From a virus: 64,000 nucleotides of DNA. The position numbers and the translations under genes were made by a program. How positions within the stretch are numbered: the stretch's first letter is position 1; each line of letters starts with the position of its first letter. The notes below the pieces were generated by a model, which had not been told where the DNA came from, ran no database searches, and saw only the letters and a program-made list of their open reading frames with translations. The stretch spans positions 1-64,000 of the IMG/VR virus record IMGVR_UViG_3300050120_000169; one strand, given 5' to 3'. Below, in pieces: positions 1-9,297 of this stretch.

Positions 1-110
1 CACAAAAGCGGCTGTGGAGCAGGTGCTGGCTGGAATGGGCGCTCAGGTCCAATCCCCCGATAAGCACAAGGTGGCAGTCGCTGTCACCATACTAAAGAAG
101 TAGGTGGACT

Positions 111-866
111 ATGACACTGCAAATTCAGGATCGGGTTAAGGAAACCACCACAACTACTGGTACGGGCGCGCTGTCGCTGGCCGGAGCCGTTACCGGGTTC
201 CAGGCATTTTCAGCCGTGTGTGCTAATGGTGATACGTGTTATTACGCGCTTCAGCAAATTAATAGTGCGGGGGTGCCAACAGGATCGTGGGAGTGTGGAG
301 TCGGTACGTACACGACATCTGGCAACACATTAACCCGTACGACAGTAACCGCTTCTAGTAATAGTGGGTCGGTCGTTTCGCTGGCAGCGGGTACAACGCA
401 GGTGTGGATCGATATCACGGCAAGTGCATTCAATTTGGATAAAGTGCAAGTAGGCACACTAGCAGTGTATGCCGGGGCGACGATCCCTACTGGATACTTA
501 GCTGTGCCAACAGCGGCAACTACAGTAAGCCGCACGACTTACGCTGCGTTGTTTGCCGTGTTAGGTACAACGTGGGGCGCAGGAGACGGATCGACTACCT
601 TTGGGATTCCCTGGATTGCACCTGGAGGTGCTCCAGTAGCAACTGGTGCTGGGGGATTTACTTTAGGATTTGCCGGATACTCTGGGTTACAGCTTACCCA
701 TGATCACACATACCAGGATTTGGTATTTAGCACTGTTGGGGCTGTTTCTGGTGCAGATGTTGGAGTCATGTCTTTTGTAGAATTTACAGGCGGCCCTACA
801 GGCAGTACTGGTGGCTCTGCGAATTACGCGTCAGGGTCGGTATTCAATATGTGTATTAAGTATTAG
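111..866 (+). CDS. Tail fibre-like protein with phage tail collar domain
   Basis: Collar motif VGTLAVYAGATIPTGYL...SRTTYAALFAVLGTTWGAGDGSTTFGIP; C-terminal NMCIKY. Confidence 0.8.
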   Translation: MTLQIQDRVKETTTTTGTGALSLAGAVTGFQAFSAVCANGDTCYYALQQINSAGVPTGSWECGVGTYTTSGNTLTRTTVTASSNSGSVVSLAAGTTQVWIDITASAFNLDKVQVGTLAVYAGATIPTGYLAVPTAATTVSRTTYAALFAVLGTTWGAGDGSTTFGIPWIAPGGAPVATGAGGFTLGFAGYSGLQLTHDHTYQDLVFSTVGAVSGADVGVMSFVEFTGGPTGSTGGSANYASGSVFNMCIKY

Positions 867-877
867 GACACCGATTA

Positions 878-1546
878 ATGAAAACCGTGTATTTATATGA
901 TGCGACGACTGGCGCTTACCTTAGCACATATGAAGCCCAGGAAAGTCCACTTGAACCAGGGGTGTTTATAGAACCCACATATTCAACGGACGGCGCACCG
1001 CCCGCGACTGGCGCTAATCAAGTGGCGATTTATTCGAATGGTGGGTGGGCAATCACCGAAGACTATCGGGGCAAGACGATCTATAACCAGACTACGGGTG
1101 CTTCCCAGGTGCTGGAAGTGATTGGCCCTATTCCGGCTGGATTCGCTCTGACTGTGCCGCCTCCGACTTTGGCGCAGGCTCAAGCGGCTCAAGTAGTTAC
1201 GCTCACTCAAGCATACAGATTGGCGATTCAACAAGCAGTAAGTTATACCAGTAAAGGTGGGGTAACTGAGATTTACCAAGCCACGACACAAAGTGTGTCG
1301 AATTTGACCCAAATGTTGCTCGCGTTCAGCGCGACTCAAACGGTGCCGGTGGGTTTTTATTGGGTAGCTGCTGACAACACTCAAGTGCCTTTCACCTATG
1401 CCGATATGCAGGCGCTGGCAGCGGTATTCGGCACCCAGGGGGCAGCGGCTTTCCAGGTGTTGCAAACGCTGAAGGCACAAGTTAATGCCGCCAACCAAAC
1501 AGTAGCTGGAGTACAAGCGGTCGTTTGGCCTTCTACCAGCCCCTAA
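878..1546 (+). CDS. Tail fibre assembly-like protein
   Basis: N-terminal VYLYDATTGAYL...ESPLEPG..P, W...EDYRG; follows the collar-domain gene. Confidence 0.7.
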   Translation: MKTVYLYDATTGAYLSTYEAQESPLEPGVFIEPTYSTDGAPPATGANQVAIYSNGGWAITEDYRGKTIYNQTTGASQVLEVIGPIPAGFALTVPPPTLAQAQAAQVVTLTQAYRLAIQQAVSYTSKGGVTEIYQATTQSVSNLTQMLLAFSATQTVPVGFYWVAADNTQVPFTYADMQALAAVFGTQGAAAFQVLQTLKAQVNAANQTVAGVQAVVWPSTSP

Positions 1547-1566
1547 CCCAATGTAGTTGGTGAGCC

Positions 1567-2973
1567 ATGGCCCTAGGTTTTGGTCCAATTTCCGAACAAG
1601 CAGTCTCTGAGAATCAAACACCAGAGACGATTCTGCTCGCGTCGGGCACGACAACCAGTACAGCCACGGGGGCACTTGCCACCAGCATTACCGCCAAGGG
1701 GACTGGTTCTAGCACGTCTACGGCCCAAGCGGCGCTAGTTACGGGTATCAAGCTTGCGGTCCAGGTCGTAGAAAGTGCGCAATCAATTGCGGTACTCGCT
1801 ACCAGCATCACCATAGCCGGGTCGAACACGGGGTCGTCATCGGCACAAGCAGCGTTGTCGAATGCCCTGGTAGTGCAGGCGACTGAAACGGCGGCGGCTT
1901 TCGCATCCCTGACTACCGCGCTTTTGTTGGCGGCTGAAAGCGCAAGTACCAGTACTATCAGCGCCACGCTCAACACGCCCAATGATGTATTTGCGGCGGC
2001 GGCCACGACTACTAGTGTCGCTAGGGCAGCGTTGACGACCAATGTGAAATTGGCCTCGTTTGCCGAAAACATTAGCGGTACTAATGCGATGCTTACGACC
2101 GCGATTCATTTAGCGGCCAAGGGGCAGATTTTTTCAACGGGGACAGTCAACACCAGTTGGATTTTCGTAACGGCGGCGGAGAAATCCACGGCTGTAGCGA
2201 ACCTGATCACCGGTATTCTTGACGCCGCCCACGCGAACGAGACCAGTACAGCCTCCGCAGGATTGGCGAATACTTTCCTTGTTCACGCGAACGAGATAAG
2301 CACGGCTGTTGCTGCGTTGTCTAATGCAATGGCAGCGGCGGGTGGAGATTCTAGTACCGCCGAAGCTAGACTGGTTACGGCTATCGACTTAGTAGGGGAC
2401 GGTGTAAGTACCGTCACAGGTAGCTCCCACCTCACGACGGGCTTGCACCTCCTAACAGAGGGGCAGGAGTTAAGTGCAGGTGCAGCGGCGTTGCAGACCG
2501 GTATTGAGGTGGTGGCTTCCAATCGAAGCGCATCTGTAGCGACGGCACAACTACACACGTCGCTAACACTAGCGGCGATTGGCCGGGGAGGAAGCAGCAC
2601 TGAAGACCAGATGCAAACCAGTATCACTGTGCAGGCCCTGCTTTCGGCCTTGTCCTCGGCAGAAGCCGCGCTAACACGCCAGCCATTGTTGGCGGCTCAA
2701 GCAGGGGTATCGGCTGAGACCCTGGCGGCTCTGCGCGCTTCGATCACCTTCACCGCCCAGGCCCTGAATAGCAGCAATGCGAGTGCTGATGTACAGCAGA
2801 TTTTCTTTTACGGACTGGTGACGAGCGTGGCGCGGGCTACGTTTGGTATTGCGGTGACGCCCTACGAAAGTTTTCCGATTTATTCACAGAAAGAAACTTT
2901 TGGAGTAGTCTGTACACCAAGAGTAATACCCGTTACAGCAGACCCTGACGAAGTGCTTAACGTTACCCCATAG
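1567..2973 (+). CDS. Ala/Thr-rich repetitive putative virion protein
   Basis: Tandem degenerate repeats (STA.A.L.T.I.LA); structural neighbourhood. Confidence 0.55.
   Translation: MALGFGPISEQAVSENQTPETILLASGTTTSTATGALATSITAKGTGSSTSTAQAALVTGIKLAVQVVESAQSIAVLATSITIAGSNTGSSSAQAALSNALVVQATETAAAFASLTTALLLAAESASTSTISATLNTPNDVFAAAATTTSVARAALTTNVKLASFAENISGTNAMLTTAIHLAAKGQIFSTGTVNTSWIFVTAAEKSTAVANLITGILDAAHANETSTASAGLANTFLVHANEISTAVAALSNAMAAAGGDSSTAEARLVTAIDLVGDGVSTVTGSSHLTTGLHLLTEGQELSAGAAALQTGIEVVASNRSASVATAQLHTSLTLAAIGRGGSSTEDQMQTSITVQALLSALSSAEAALTRQPLLAAQAGVSAETLAALRASITFTAQALNSSNASADVQQIFFYGLVTSVARATFGIAVTPYESFPIYSQKETFGVVCTPRVIPVTADPDEVLNVTP
1777..1792. repeat. Dispersed palindrome copy 1
   Basis: GCGCAATCAATTGCGG, in CDS. 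Confidence 0.9.
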
Positions 2974-2985
2974 TGGAGCTAGACC

Positions 2986-3660
2986 ATGACCGCTGCAACG
3001 AACTACACCACGAACAAGTTTTTGGTAGATAACATCCTTCGTGGTCAAAGCAATACCCCGCCAACCTCGCTGTACTTCGGGTTGTTTGTGGCTGACCAAG
3101 GTTACTGGGTGGCGAGCCATGCCTATACCAGTGGGCAGTTTGTGCTCCCGGCTACCCCGAACGGCCACATTTACAAGTGCACGACCAGCGGCACGTCGGG
3201 TACGAACGCCGCAATTTTCAACACTGTGACCACGCCGGGTCAGACGGTTACGGATGGCACCGCCGTGTGGACGGAAGAAACGCTAGTGTTGGTGGCAGGG
3301 ACGTATTCCACCTACCCGCCAGAATGCACGTACACCAGCTATGCCCGCGAGTTGGTTACGTCCTCGCTGGCCGACTGGTCCGGTACTCAGTCGCAAGGCT
3401 CCACCACGGCTTCGACGGGTAGCAGCACGACGCTTAACAGCGTGGCGCTAAACACCTTCAATAACAACGCTGTGGCTTTCCCAGCACCGACCGGTAATCA
3501 GACGGGTGTTGTGGCTGGTATGTTTATCATCGATAATGCGACGGCAGGCACCAGCGGGAACATCCTGTTCTGGTCGATGCTGACCAACCCGAAGACGATC
3601 AACAACGGCGATGCGGCTCCGAACTTCCCGCAGTTTGCATTTGAACTTAGCTGGAGCTAG
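2986..3660 (+). CDS. Putative virion structural (fibre-associated) protein
   Basis: TNY..NK..D..LRGQ...P.SLY.GLF N-terminus, FPAPTG and LTNPKTINNGD C-terminus, with a W...HAY..GQ.V...NG.IYKCTTSG insert. Confidence 0.55.
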   Translation: MTAATNYTTNKFLVDNILRGQSNTPPTSLYFGLFVADQGYWVASHAYTSGQFVLPATPNGHIYKCTTSGTSGTNAAIFNTVTTPGQTVTDGTAVWTEETLVLVAGTYSTYPPECTYTSYARELVTSSLADWSGTQSQGSTTASTGSSTTLNSVALNTFNNNAVAFPAPTGNQTGVVAGMFIIDNATAGTSGNILFWSMLTNPKTINNGDAAPNFPQFAFELSWS

Positions 3661-3662
3661 GC

Positions 3663-4073
3663 ATGGCGTACTGCCCTCCGGCAGTGCCGCTCAAGATCCC
3701 TCTGATTGAGAAGGTTCCGAGTGCGGTACTGAATTATGGGTTCGACCTCTCGCCTTCGGCCACCAATCCAGACAATCCCTGGGCAGCACCAGGGGTGACT
3801 TTGGTTCCTTGGCTGGCCCCGGGCGAAGAGGTTATTACGCTATTCATGACCCTCGGTGTTGGATCAGTAAGTGGCACGAACGATTTGATGCTGGTAGACC
3901 AGCAGATCACCGCAAACGCCACGGGCATACCACAAAGTTTGCTAACGGCCTGGATCAGTGGCGGGATTGCCGGTAATACATATTTAGTGACGTTTAGCTG
4001 GTTGACGAACAGCACCCCCGTTGGACGCCAAGATAGTCGGTCGATGAACATCCTTTGCGTGGCTACGTTGTAG
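3663..4073 (+). CDS. Putative fibre/tail adaptor structural protein
   Basis: K.P.AVLNYGFD, WL..GE.I, TAWISGG..G..Y.VT motifs. Confidence 0.5.
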   Translation: MAYCPPAVPLKIPLIEKVPSAVLNYGFDLSPSATNPDNPWAAPGVTLVPWLAPGEEVITLFMTLGVGSVSGTNDLMLVDQQITANATGIPQSLLTAWISGGIAGNTYLVTFSWLTNSTPVGRQDSRSMNILCVATL

Positions 4074-4084
4074 CGGAGAAGAAC

Positions 4085-4294
4085 ATGACATTCGAAAGCA
4101 TCAAGAAAGAACTATCGGTGGCGATCCTGCTGGTGATGCTCCTGGCAATGGACTATCTCAAGATTGTTGACCCGGAACTCAAGTACCTGATCATGGGTTT
4201 GGCGGGCACGATTACCGGTTTTGGTGGCTTCCAGGCCTCTCCGCTTAACCCGGCCAACAAAACAGCATCCGGGGGACCAGCCGCCCCTCAATGA
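4085..4294 (+). CDS. Small two-TM membrane protein (holin-like)
   Basis: Two hydrophobic segments; GGAG RBS before ATG 4085. Confidence 0.5.
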   Translation: MTFESIKKELSVAILLVMLLAMDYLKIVDPELKYLIMGLAGTITGFGGFQASPLNPANKTASGGPAAPQ

Positions 4295-4412
4295 TGTAGC
4301 CGCCGAGCCGGTGATTGAGCCGGTGGCCGCATTGACACAGGAATTACAACAAGAAGCATTAGAATTGCCAATCCTTATCGAAGTCCCCCCACATACACAG
4401 ACGGAGTTGAAA

Positions 4413-4769
4413 ATGTCTATCCCGGATATCGCAGTATCAGACGTGACCGACGTGCTGAATGGCCTAGCGTCGTTGTTTGAAAAACCTGCATTTCAGGCCG
4501 CGTTGCCTGTAGTGATCACCCTCGTTGCTGATCTGGCAGAAGGTGGTGCAGCCGCATCGAATCCCTTGCTGTCGGCCCAGTTTTTGGCGACCCTGGTGAG
4601 TCAAATGCCGGTGATCGAACCCGCAGTATTGCAGGCAGGTGTCACGTTGTTCGGCGCAATCAATGCTGCGATCAAACCGAAAGCAGCGGAACCTGCACCC
4701 GCACCTGTCGTTGAACCTGTCCCGGAGCCGGTTGCAGAACCTGCACCCGTAGCCCAGCCAGCCGCCTAA
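4413..4769 (+). CDS. Hypothetical protein with C-terminal AEPAP/EPVP repeats
   Basis: GGAG RBS before ATG 4413, in frame with ORF 4221..4769. Confidence 0.55.
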   Translation: MSIPDIAVSDVTDVLNGLASLFEKPAFQAALPVVITLVADLAEGGAAASNPLLSAQFLATLVSQMPVIEPAVLQAGVTLFGAINAAIKPKAAEPAPAPVVEPVPEPVAEPAPVAQPAA

Positions 4770-4796
4770 GTTTTAACTACCCTCAAGGGGTTTATC

Positions 4797-5303
4797 ATGA
4801 AACGTCTTATTCTTGTTTTGGCAAGTGCTCTGATGCTGGGAGCCTGTTCGGTGGCCCCAGTTAGTTCGACTGGCGCTGCTACGGCCACGGCTGCAAGCGG
4901 AACCACTGTTAGTACGGCTGCATCACAAGCCGTTGCAGTGATGGACAACGTACGAACCCAGGCACTCAAAGCCTGTGCAGTCGTGCCGCCCATGATTACG
5001 TCGATGATCACTATCGAGACCTCGCAACCCGCGAGTTCCGCCTCGACTTCGGCAGTTGCTCAGTTGAATAAGCTGAGCACGGATGTTACCGGCGCTTGTA
5101 ATTTGATTGCCAAAATCCCGGCTCCTGGTGCTGCACCGGCCTTTACGTTGTCGGATGTCTCGACGTTCGTGAATACCAATGTGCCAACCCTGCTCACGAT
5201 CATCGGCAATAGCTCGATGAACCAAACGCAGAAAACGGCGGCGCAATTGACCATTGTAGGCGTGCAAACCGGCCTAGCACTGGCTGTCGCGCAGGCGCAG
5301 TAA
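4797..5303 (+). CDS. Lipoprotein
   Basis: MKR + hydrophobic core + lipobox LGAC. Confidence 0.7.
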   Translation: MKRLILVLASALMLGACSVAPVSSTGAATATAASGTTVSTAASQAVAVMDNVRTQALKACAVVPPMITSMITIETSQPASSASTSAVAQLNKLSTDVTGACNLIAKIPAPGAAPAFTLSDVSTFVNTNVPTLLTIIGNSSMNQTQKTAAQLTIVGVQTGLALAVAQAQ

Positions 5304-5307
5304 GATC

Positions 5308-6108
5308 ATGACCAAGCAAATACGCGTAGCGCTCAGCGGTAGTGGTTATCGACTGGGCGCGCACCTTGGCGCTTTGCAAGCAATCCAAGATGCCGGGTTT
5401 GAGGTGAAGGAGCTTGCCGCAACTTCGGGCGGCTCCATAGTGGCGGCCCTGCTTGCCAGCGGCATGACTCTGGCTGATCTGCGACAGATGTGCCTGACAT
5501 TGGACTGGTCGAAATACATGTCCTTTACGTGGGCACCGCTTACGTTGTTGACCAGTCAGGCGTTATGCAGCGGCGATTCGCTGTTGGCCTTCCTTACCCA
5601 GCTTACCAAGGGCGCGACTTTTAAAGACTCCGCGATTGACGTAAAGATCATCGCCAGTGATCTGTTGACCGAGCAGGAGTTTTGTTTCAGCAAGGCCACG
5701 ACACCTGATTGCCCTTTGGCCGTGGCCGCACGCGCCAGTGCAAGTATTCCGATTGTGTTCGCACCGGTAGCCTATGGTGATGGTTTGTATGTAGACGGTG
5801 GCTGTACCGATAACATCCCGGCCAGCGAGTTGGTGGTGGACACCCTACCCCGAGTAGGGATCTACTTGGAGTCGGATGATGCGGTGCTCAAACCCGGTAC
5901 GTATAGCTTGAGCACGCTTGCACCACGTATTATCGACTTGTTGCTGGCATCGAATGAACTGGCACATGTGGGTCTGGATACTAAGAACGGCGCGAATATC
6001 ATTCATGTACCCACCGGATTTGCTAGTTCATTTGATCGCAATATGGCAGTGGCTACGCGCCAAAAGCTGTATGACGTTGGGTACGATACGACGAAGGCCG
6101 CGCTATGA
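5308..6108 (+). CDS. Patatin-like phospholipase
   Basis: LSGSGYRLG oxyanion loop, ATSGG nucleophile elbow, ASASIP..F.P, YVDGG. Confidence 0.9.
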   Translation: MTKQIRVALSGSGYRLGAHLGALQAIQDAGFEVKELAATSGGSIVAALLASGMTLADLRQMCLTLDWSKYMSFTWAPLTLLTSQALCSGDSLLAFLTQLTKGATFKDSAIDVKIIASDLLTEQEFCFSKATTPDCPLAVAARASASIPIVFAPVAYGDGLYVDGGCTDNIPASELVVDTLPRVGIYLESDDAVLKPGTYSLSTLAPRIIDLLLASNELAHVGLDTKNGANIIHVPTGFASSFDRNMAVATRQKLYDVGYDTTKAAL

Positions 6109-6527
6109 GCGGGAATGACCAGGGCAACCCCCTTAATTTCATCTATGTGTGGGATGCAACCAGTCTGTTGACGAATGGCATTCCCACACCGGACGCCCAG
6201 GGTAGATTCCCGAATAAGCAAAATTTGCCGAATGCAGCTATGCCGATTTGGGAAGTTACTGCCCCTGCTTCAGATAACCCTCCGTGGCCTAACAACCAAG
6301 GAGCCATTGCAAACGCGACGGGGGCAGCGACAGGCCGTGGGGCGATCCCGGTCAAGTTCACTGCCCAACCTACTCCTGATTCGCAAGGCCGTTTTCCGAA
6401 TGACCCGACGAATGTGAATAGTGCTATCCCAGTGTACCTAGTAGCAACTGTGCCGGGTGCAACACCCCCCTATCCTAATTCACAAGAAGCAGATGGGGGA
6501 GCAACACCTGTTTATGTAGTTAGCTGA
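6105..6527 (+). CDS. Hypothetical protein with internal repeats
   Basis: PTPD(A/S)QGRFPN twice; P(W/Y)PN.Q...GA and IP(I/V)(W/Y) repeats. Confidence 0.6.
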   Translation: MSGNDQGNPLNFIYVWDATSLLTNGIPTPDAQGRFPNKQNLPNAAMPIWEVTAPASDNPPWPNNQGAIANATGAATGRGAIPVKFTAQPTPDSQGRFPNDPTNVNSAIPVYLVATVPGATPPYPNSQEADGGATPVYVVS

Positions 6528-6545
6528 TTTACATGGAAGGCAACC

Positions 6546-6773
6546 ATGTTTGCCACGTCTGTGTTTTGCCGCCTTCGGGCGGCTCTTTTTCTAGTGCTGG
6601 CACTCAGTGGCTGTGTGCTCGCACCTACTGCTGATCCAAAAACGCATGACCTAGTGTGCTGCATAGCCTACTCCACTTTTTTTGGTTATGACTTCAGCCA
6701 GTCGTATGAAAAGCAGGGAAGTCGCTGGGAAATCCACGGAACTGTGAGTTGGAAATACCTTAATGGTCCGTAG
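6546..6773 (+). CDS. Small putative lipoprotein
   Basis: Hydrophobic stretch + LSGC lipobox; GGAAGG RBS. Confidence 0.5.
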   Translation: MFATSVFCRLRAALFLVLALSGCVLAPTADPKTHDLVCCIAYSTFFGYDFSQSYEKQGSRWEIHGTVSWKYLNGP

Positions 6774-6778
6774 GTCTT

Positions 6779-6794
6779 CCGCAATTGATTGCGG
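6779..6794. repeat. Dispersed palindrome copy 2
   Basis: CCGCAATTGATTGCGG, intergenic before portal. Confidence 0.9.
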
Positions 6795-6856
6795 GGCGAG
6801 CGTGATTAATCCGCGCAGACCAGATACAATGCGGGAGATACTAGCCGAGGTACACA

Positions 6857-8485
6857 ATGGCAGGCGGTCAATCCCAAGAATTCGCAACGATTTCGGTGAC
6901 GGGGAGTGCAATTGGCACGCCCCTAGACTCGTTGTTGATGGCAGCAGAGATTCAACCCGGATCTACCCCCTCGTACGAGTTGTGCAAAACCATCTACACG
7001 TACCACCCGTTGGGTGCGAAGATGGTCGAGTTGCCTATTCGACTGGCGCAAAGCCAGGAACGCAAGATCACTATTGCGCTAGGACCTGAGGAACGTATCA
7101 AAGAAGCCTTTGAACGTGAGTGGAAGGCTCTTTCTGCTGACAAGCATATTTTCAATGTGATGCGAATTAGCCGTATTTACGGCATTAGTGCAGTGGCACT
7201 GGGCGCGGTGGGCATCACTACGGATAAAGCTGTAAATTACAGTGAATTATATAAGAAACAGATTTATTTCAATGTGCTGGACCCGCTAAATACGGCTGGA
7301 TCACTGGTATTGAATCAGAATCCTAACGCCCCGGATTTCCAGAAGCACAACAATATTGCCGTCAGTGGGCAGGCGTATCACCGCAGTCGCTCGTGCGTGA
7401 TGTTGAACGAAGAACCGATTTACATCGAGTACACCAGTTCTGCTTTTGGTTTCGTTGGCCGCTCTGTGTACCAACGTGCGTTGTTCCCAATGAAGTCGTT
7501 TGTGCAATCTATGATCACCGACGATCTGGTGACTAAGAAGGCAGGCGTTCTGGTGGCAATGATCAAGCAGCTTGGCTCGGTCAGTGACAAGGTGATGCAG
7601 GGGTTGATGGGCATCAAGCGGGCTTTCCTGAAGGGAGCACAAACCGGTAATGTGATCAGCATCGGCCATGAGGATAAGGTCGAGTCGTTGAATATGCAAA
7701 ACACCGATACGGCAATGACCACGGCCCGTAAGAACATTTTGGACAATATCGCCAGCAGCGCGAGTATGCCTGCCACGTTGATCAACAATGAAACCTTTGC
7801 CAGTGGTTTTGCGGACGGTAGTGAAGATGCGAAGGCGGTTGCGCAATACATCGAAAGCATTCGCACATCAATGGCCCCGTTATACGAATTCTTCGACAAG
7901 ATTGTGATGTACCGGGCCTGGAACCCTGATTTCTATAAGGCGATTCAAACTGAATTCCCTGAATACGAGGGTATCGATTACCTCAGCGCGTTCTATCAAT
8001 GGTCGAATAGCTTTAAGGCCGAATGGCCGTCACTGCTGATCGAACCGGAATCAGACCTGATCGAGATTGATGAGGCTAAGGTCAAGTCCGTCATGTCCGT
8101 GGGGCAATTGCTGTTGCCCATGGCTGACCCAGATAACAAGGCGCGTATTTTCCAGTGGATGCAAGATAACCTAAATGCCAATGAGACGCTCTTTAGCACG
8201 GCGCTTGACCTTGATTTTGAGGCCATGGCGAACTATGAACCACCGGCCCCCCCGGGTGGCGAAGGTGGTGGTCAGGGTGGCGCGCAAGGTGGACAGGCAC
8301 AGAAAGGCCCGATTGAGCAGCTAACCCGGTCGGATGGGGATACCCCTTTGCAAATCCCGGCCCCAGCCTGGGAAACCCTGGGTAATGGTGCAACACAGCC
8401 AGCCCCCATGCTGAAGGTACATGGCACGGTATCCAGTCCCCAAGCCAGCCCGGTGCGGCCCGGTGTCAAGATGGCGTTTAAATAA
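6857..8485 (+). CDS. Portal protein (DUF1073-like)
   Basis: YELCKTIY.YHPLGAK, RIYG, SSAFGFVGRSVYQRA; first gene of the head module. Confidence 0.8.
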   Translation: MAGGQSQEFATISVTGSAIGTPLDSLLMAAEIQPGSTPSYELCKTIYTYHPLGAKMVELPIRLAQSQERKITIALGPEERIKEAFEREWKALSADKHIFNVMRISRIYGISAVALGAVGITTDKAVNYSELYKKQIYFNVLDPLNTAGSLVLNQNPNAPDFQKHNNIAVSGQAYHRSRSCVMLNEEPIYIEYTSSAFGFVGRSVYQRALFPMKSFVQSMITDDLVTKKAGVLVAMIKQLGSVSDKVMQGLMGIKRAFLKGAQTGNVISIGHEDKVESLNMQNTDTAMTTARKNILDNIASSASMPATLINNETFASGFADGSEDAKAVAQYIESIRTSMAPLYEFFDKIVMYRAWNPDFYKAIQTEFPEYEGIDYLSAFYQWSNSFKAEWPSLLIEPESDLIEIDEAKVKSVMSVGQLLLPMADPDNKARIFQWMQDNLNANETLFSTALDLDFEAMANYEPPAPPGGEGGGQGGAQGGQAQKGPIEQLTRSDGDTPLQIPAPAWETLGNGATQPAPMLKVHGTVSSPQASPVRPGVKMAFK

Positions 8486-9297
8486 TGTCTACGTTTTATG
8501 AAGTGCTTACCGAGGCGGTGGCGGACATCGTTGAACACGGCTTCGACTCGCAAAAGCGCATTGATGACTGGTTGGTAAAGATCCGACAGGCAGCTATCGG
8601 TTCGCTGATTCCACAGCACAAGTTGGAATTGATGGTGCGCAAGAATTTTGTAGACATCTACCAGCGCATGGTCGTGAAGGGCGGGATCCTAAAGCACCAT
8701 AAAGGATTGAGTCAGTTCACCCTCGATAGGGTGAAGCCAAAGCTCCGCAATGAGCTTGACCGGCACATTATGGCTAATGCCAAGCTGATCACGCTGAATC
8801 GAGAAGCTGCGGTTGAAACCACACTTCGACGCTTTGCCGGGTGGTCTACCAGTATTCCGTCTGGTGGCACGAAGGCAGCAGATAAGCTGGCAACGAAGAC
8901 TGCTGTACGGAAGTCCCTGGCGCAATTGCCATTTCAGGAGCGCAGGGTTGCGATTGACCAGGGGCACAAGTTTATTTCGTCACTGAATCAAGTGCTGGCA
9001 GTAGAGCACGGGGCGTTGGCAGGGATTTGGCACAGCCATTGGCGGCGTAAAGGGTATAACTACCGGCCCGACCACAAGGAACGCGACCTAAGGGTTTATG
9101 CAGTGCGCGGTAACTGGGCGTTCGAGAAAGGGTTGATGAAGGTCGGCCCTGATGGATACACTGATCAGATTACCCAGCCTGCTGAAGAAGTGTACTGCGA
9201 GTGTTTTTACCAGTACGTGTATAACATCCAGGATTTGCCAGAATACATGCTCACGGTTAAAGCCAAGCGCGCAATCATGAAGGTGGAAACGGTATGA
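8485..9297 (+). CDS. Head morphogenesis protein (SPP1 gp7/Mu gpF-like)
   Basis: RRVAIDQGHK, WHSHW...YNYRPDHKERD, QPAEEVYCECFY; directly after portal. Confidence 0.75.
   Translation: MSTFYEVLTEAVADIVEHGFDSQKRIDDWLVKIRQAAIGSLIPQHKLELMVRKNFVDIYQRMVVKGGILKHHKGLSQFTLDRVKPKLRNELDRHIMANAKLITLNREAAVETTLRRFAGWSTSIPSGGTKAADKLATKTAVRKSLAQLPFQERRVAIDQGHKFISSLNQVLAVEHGALAGIWHSHWRRKGYNYRPDHKERDLRVYAVRGNWAFEKGLMKVGPDGYTDQITQPAEEVYCECFYQYVYNIQDLPEYMLTVKAKRAIMKVETV

Noticed and set aside
6857-8485. Anti-CBASS Acb1 (a label sometimes attached to DUF1073 proteins)
   Set aside because: Size, motifs and position indicate a portal; no 2H-phosphodiesterase HxT pair was seen.
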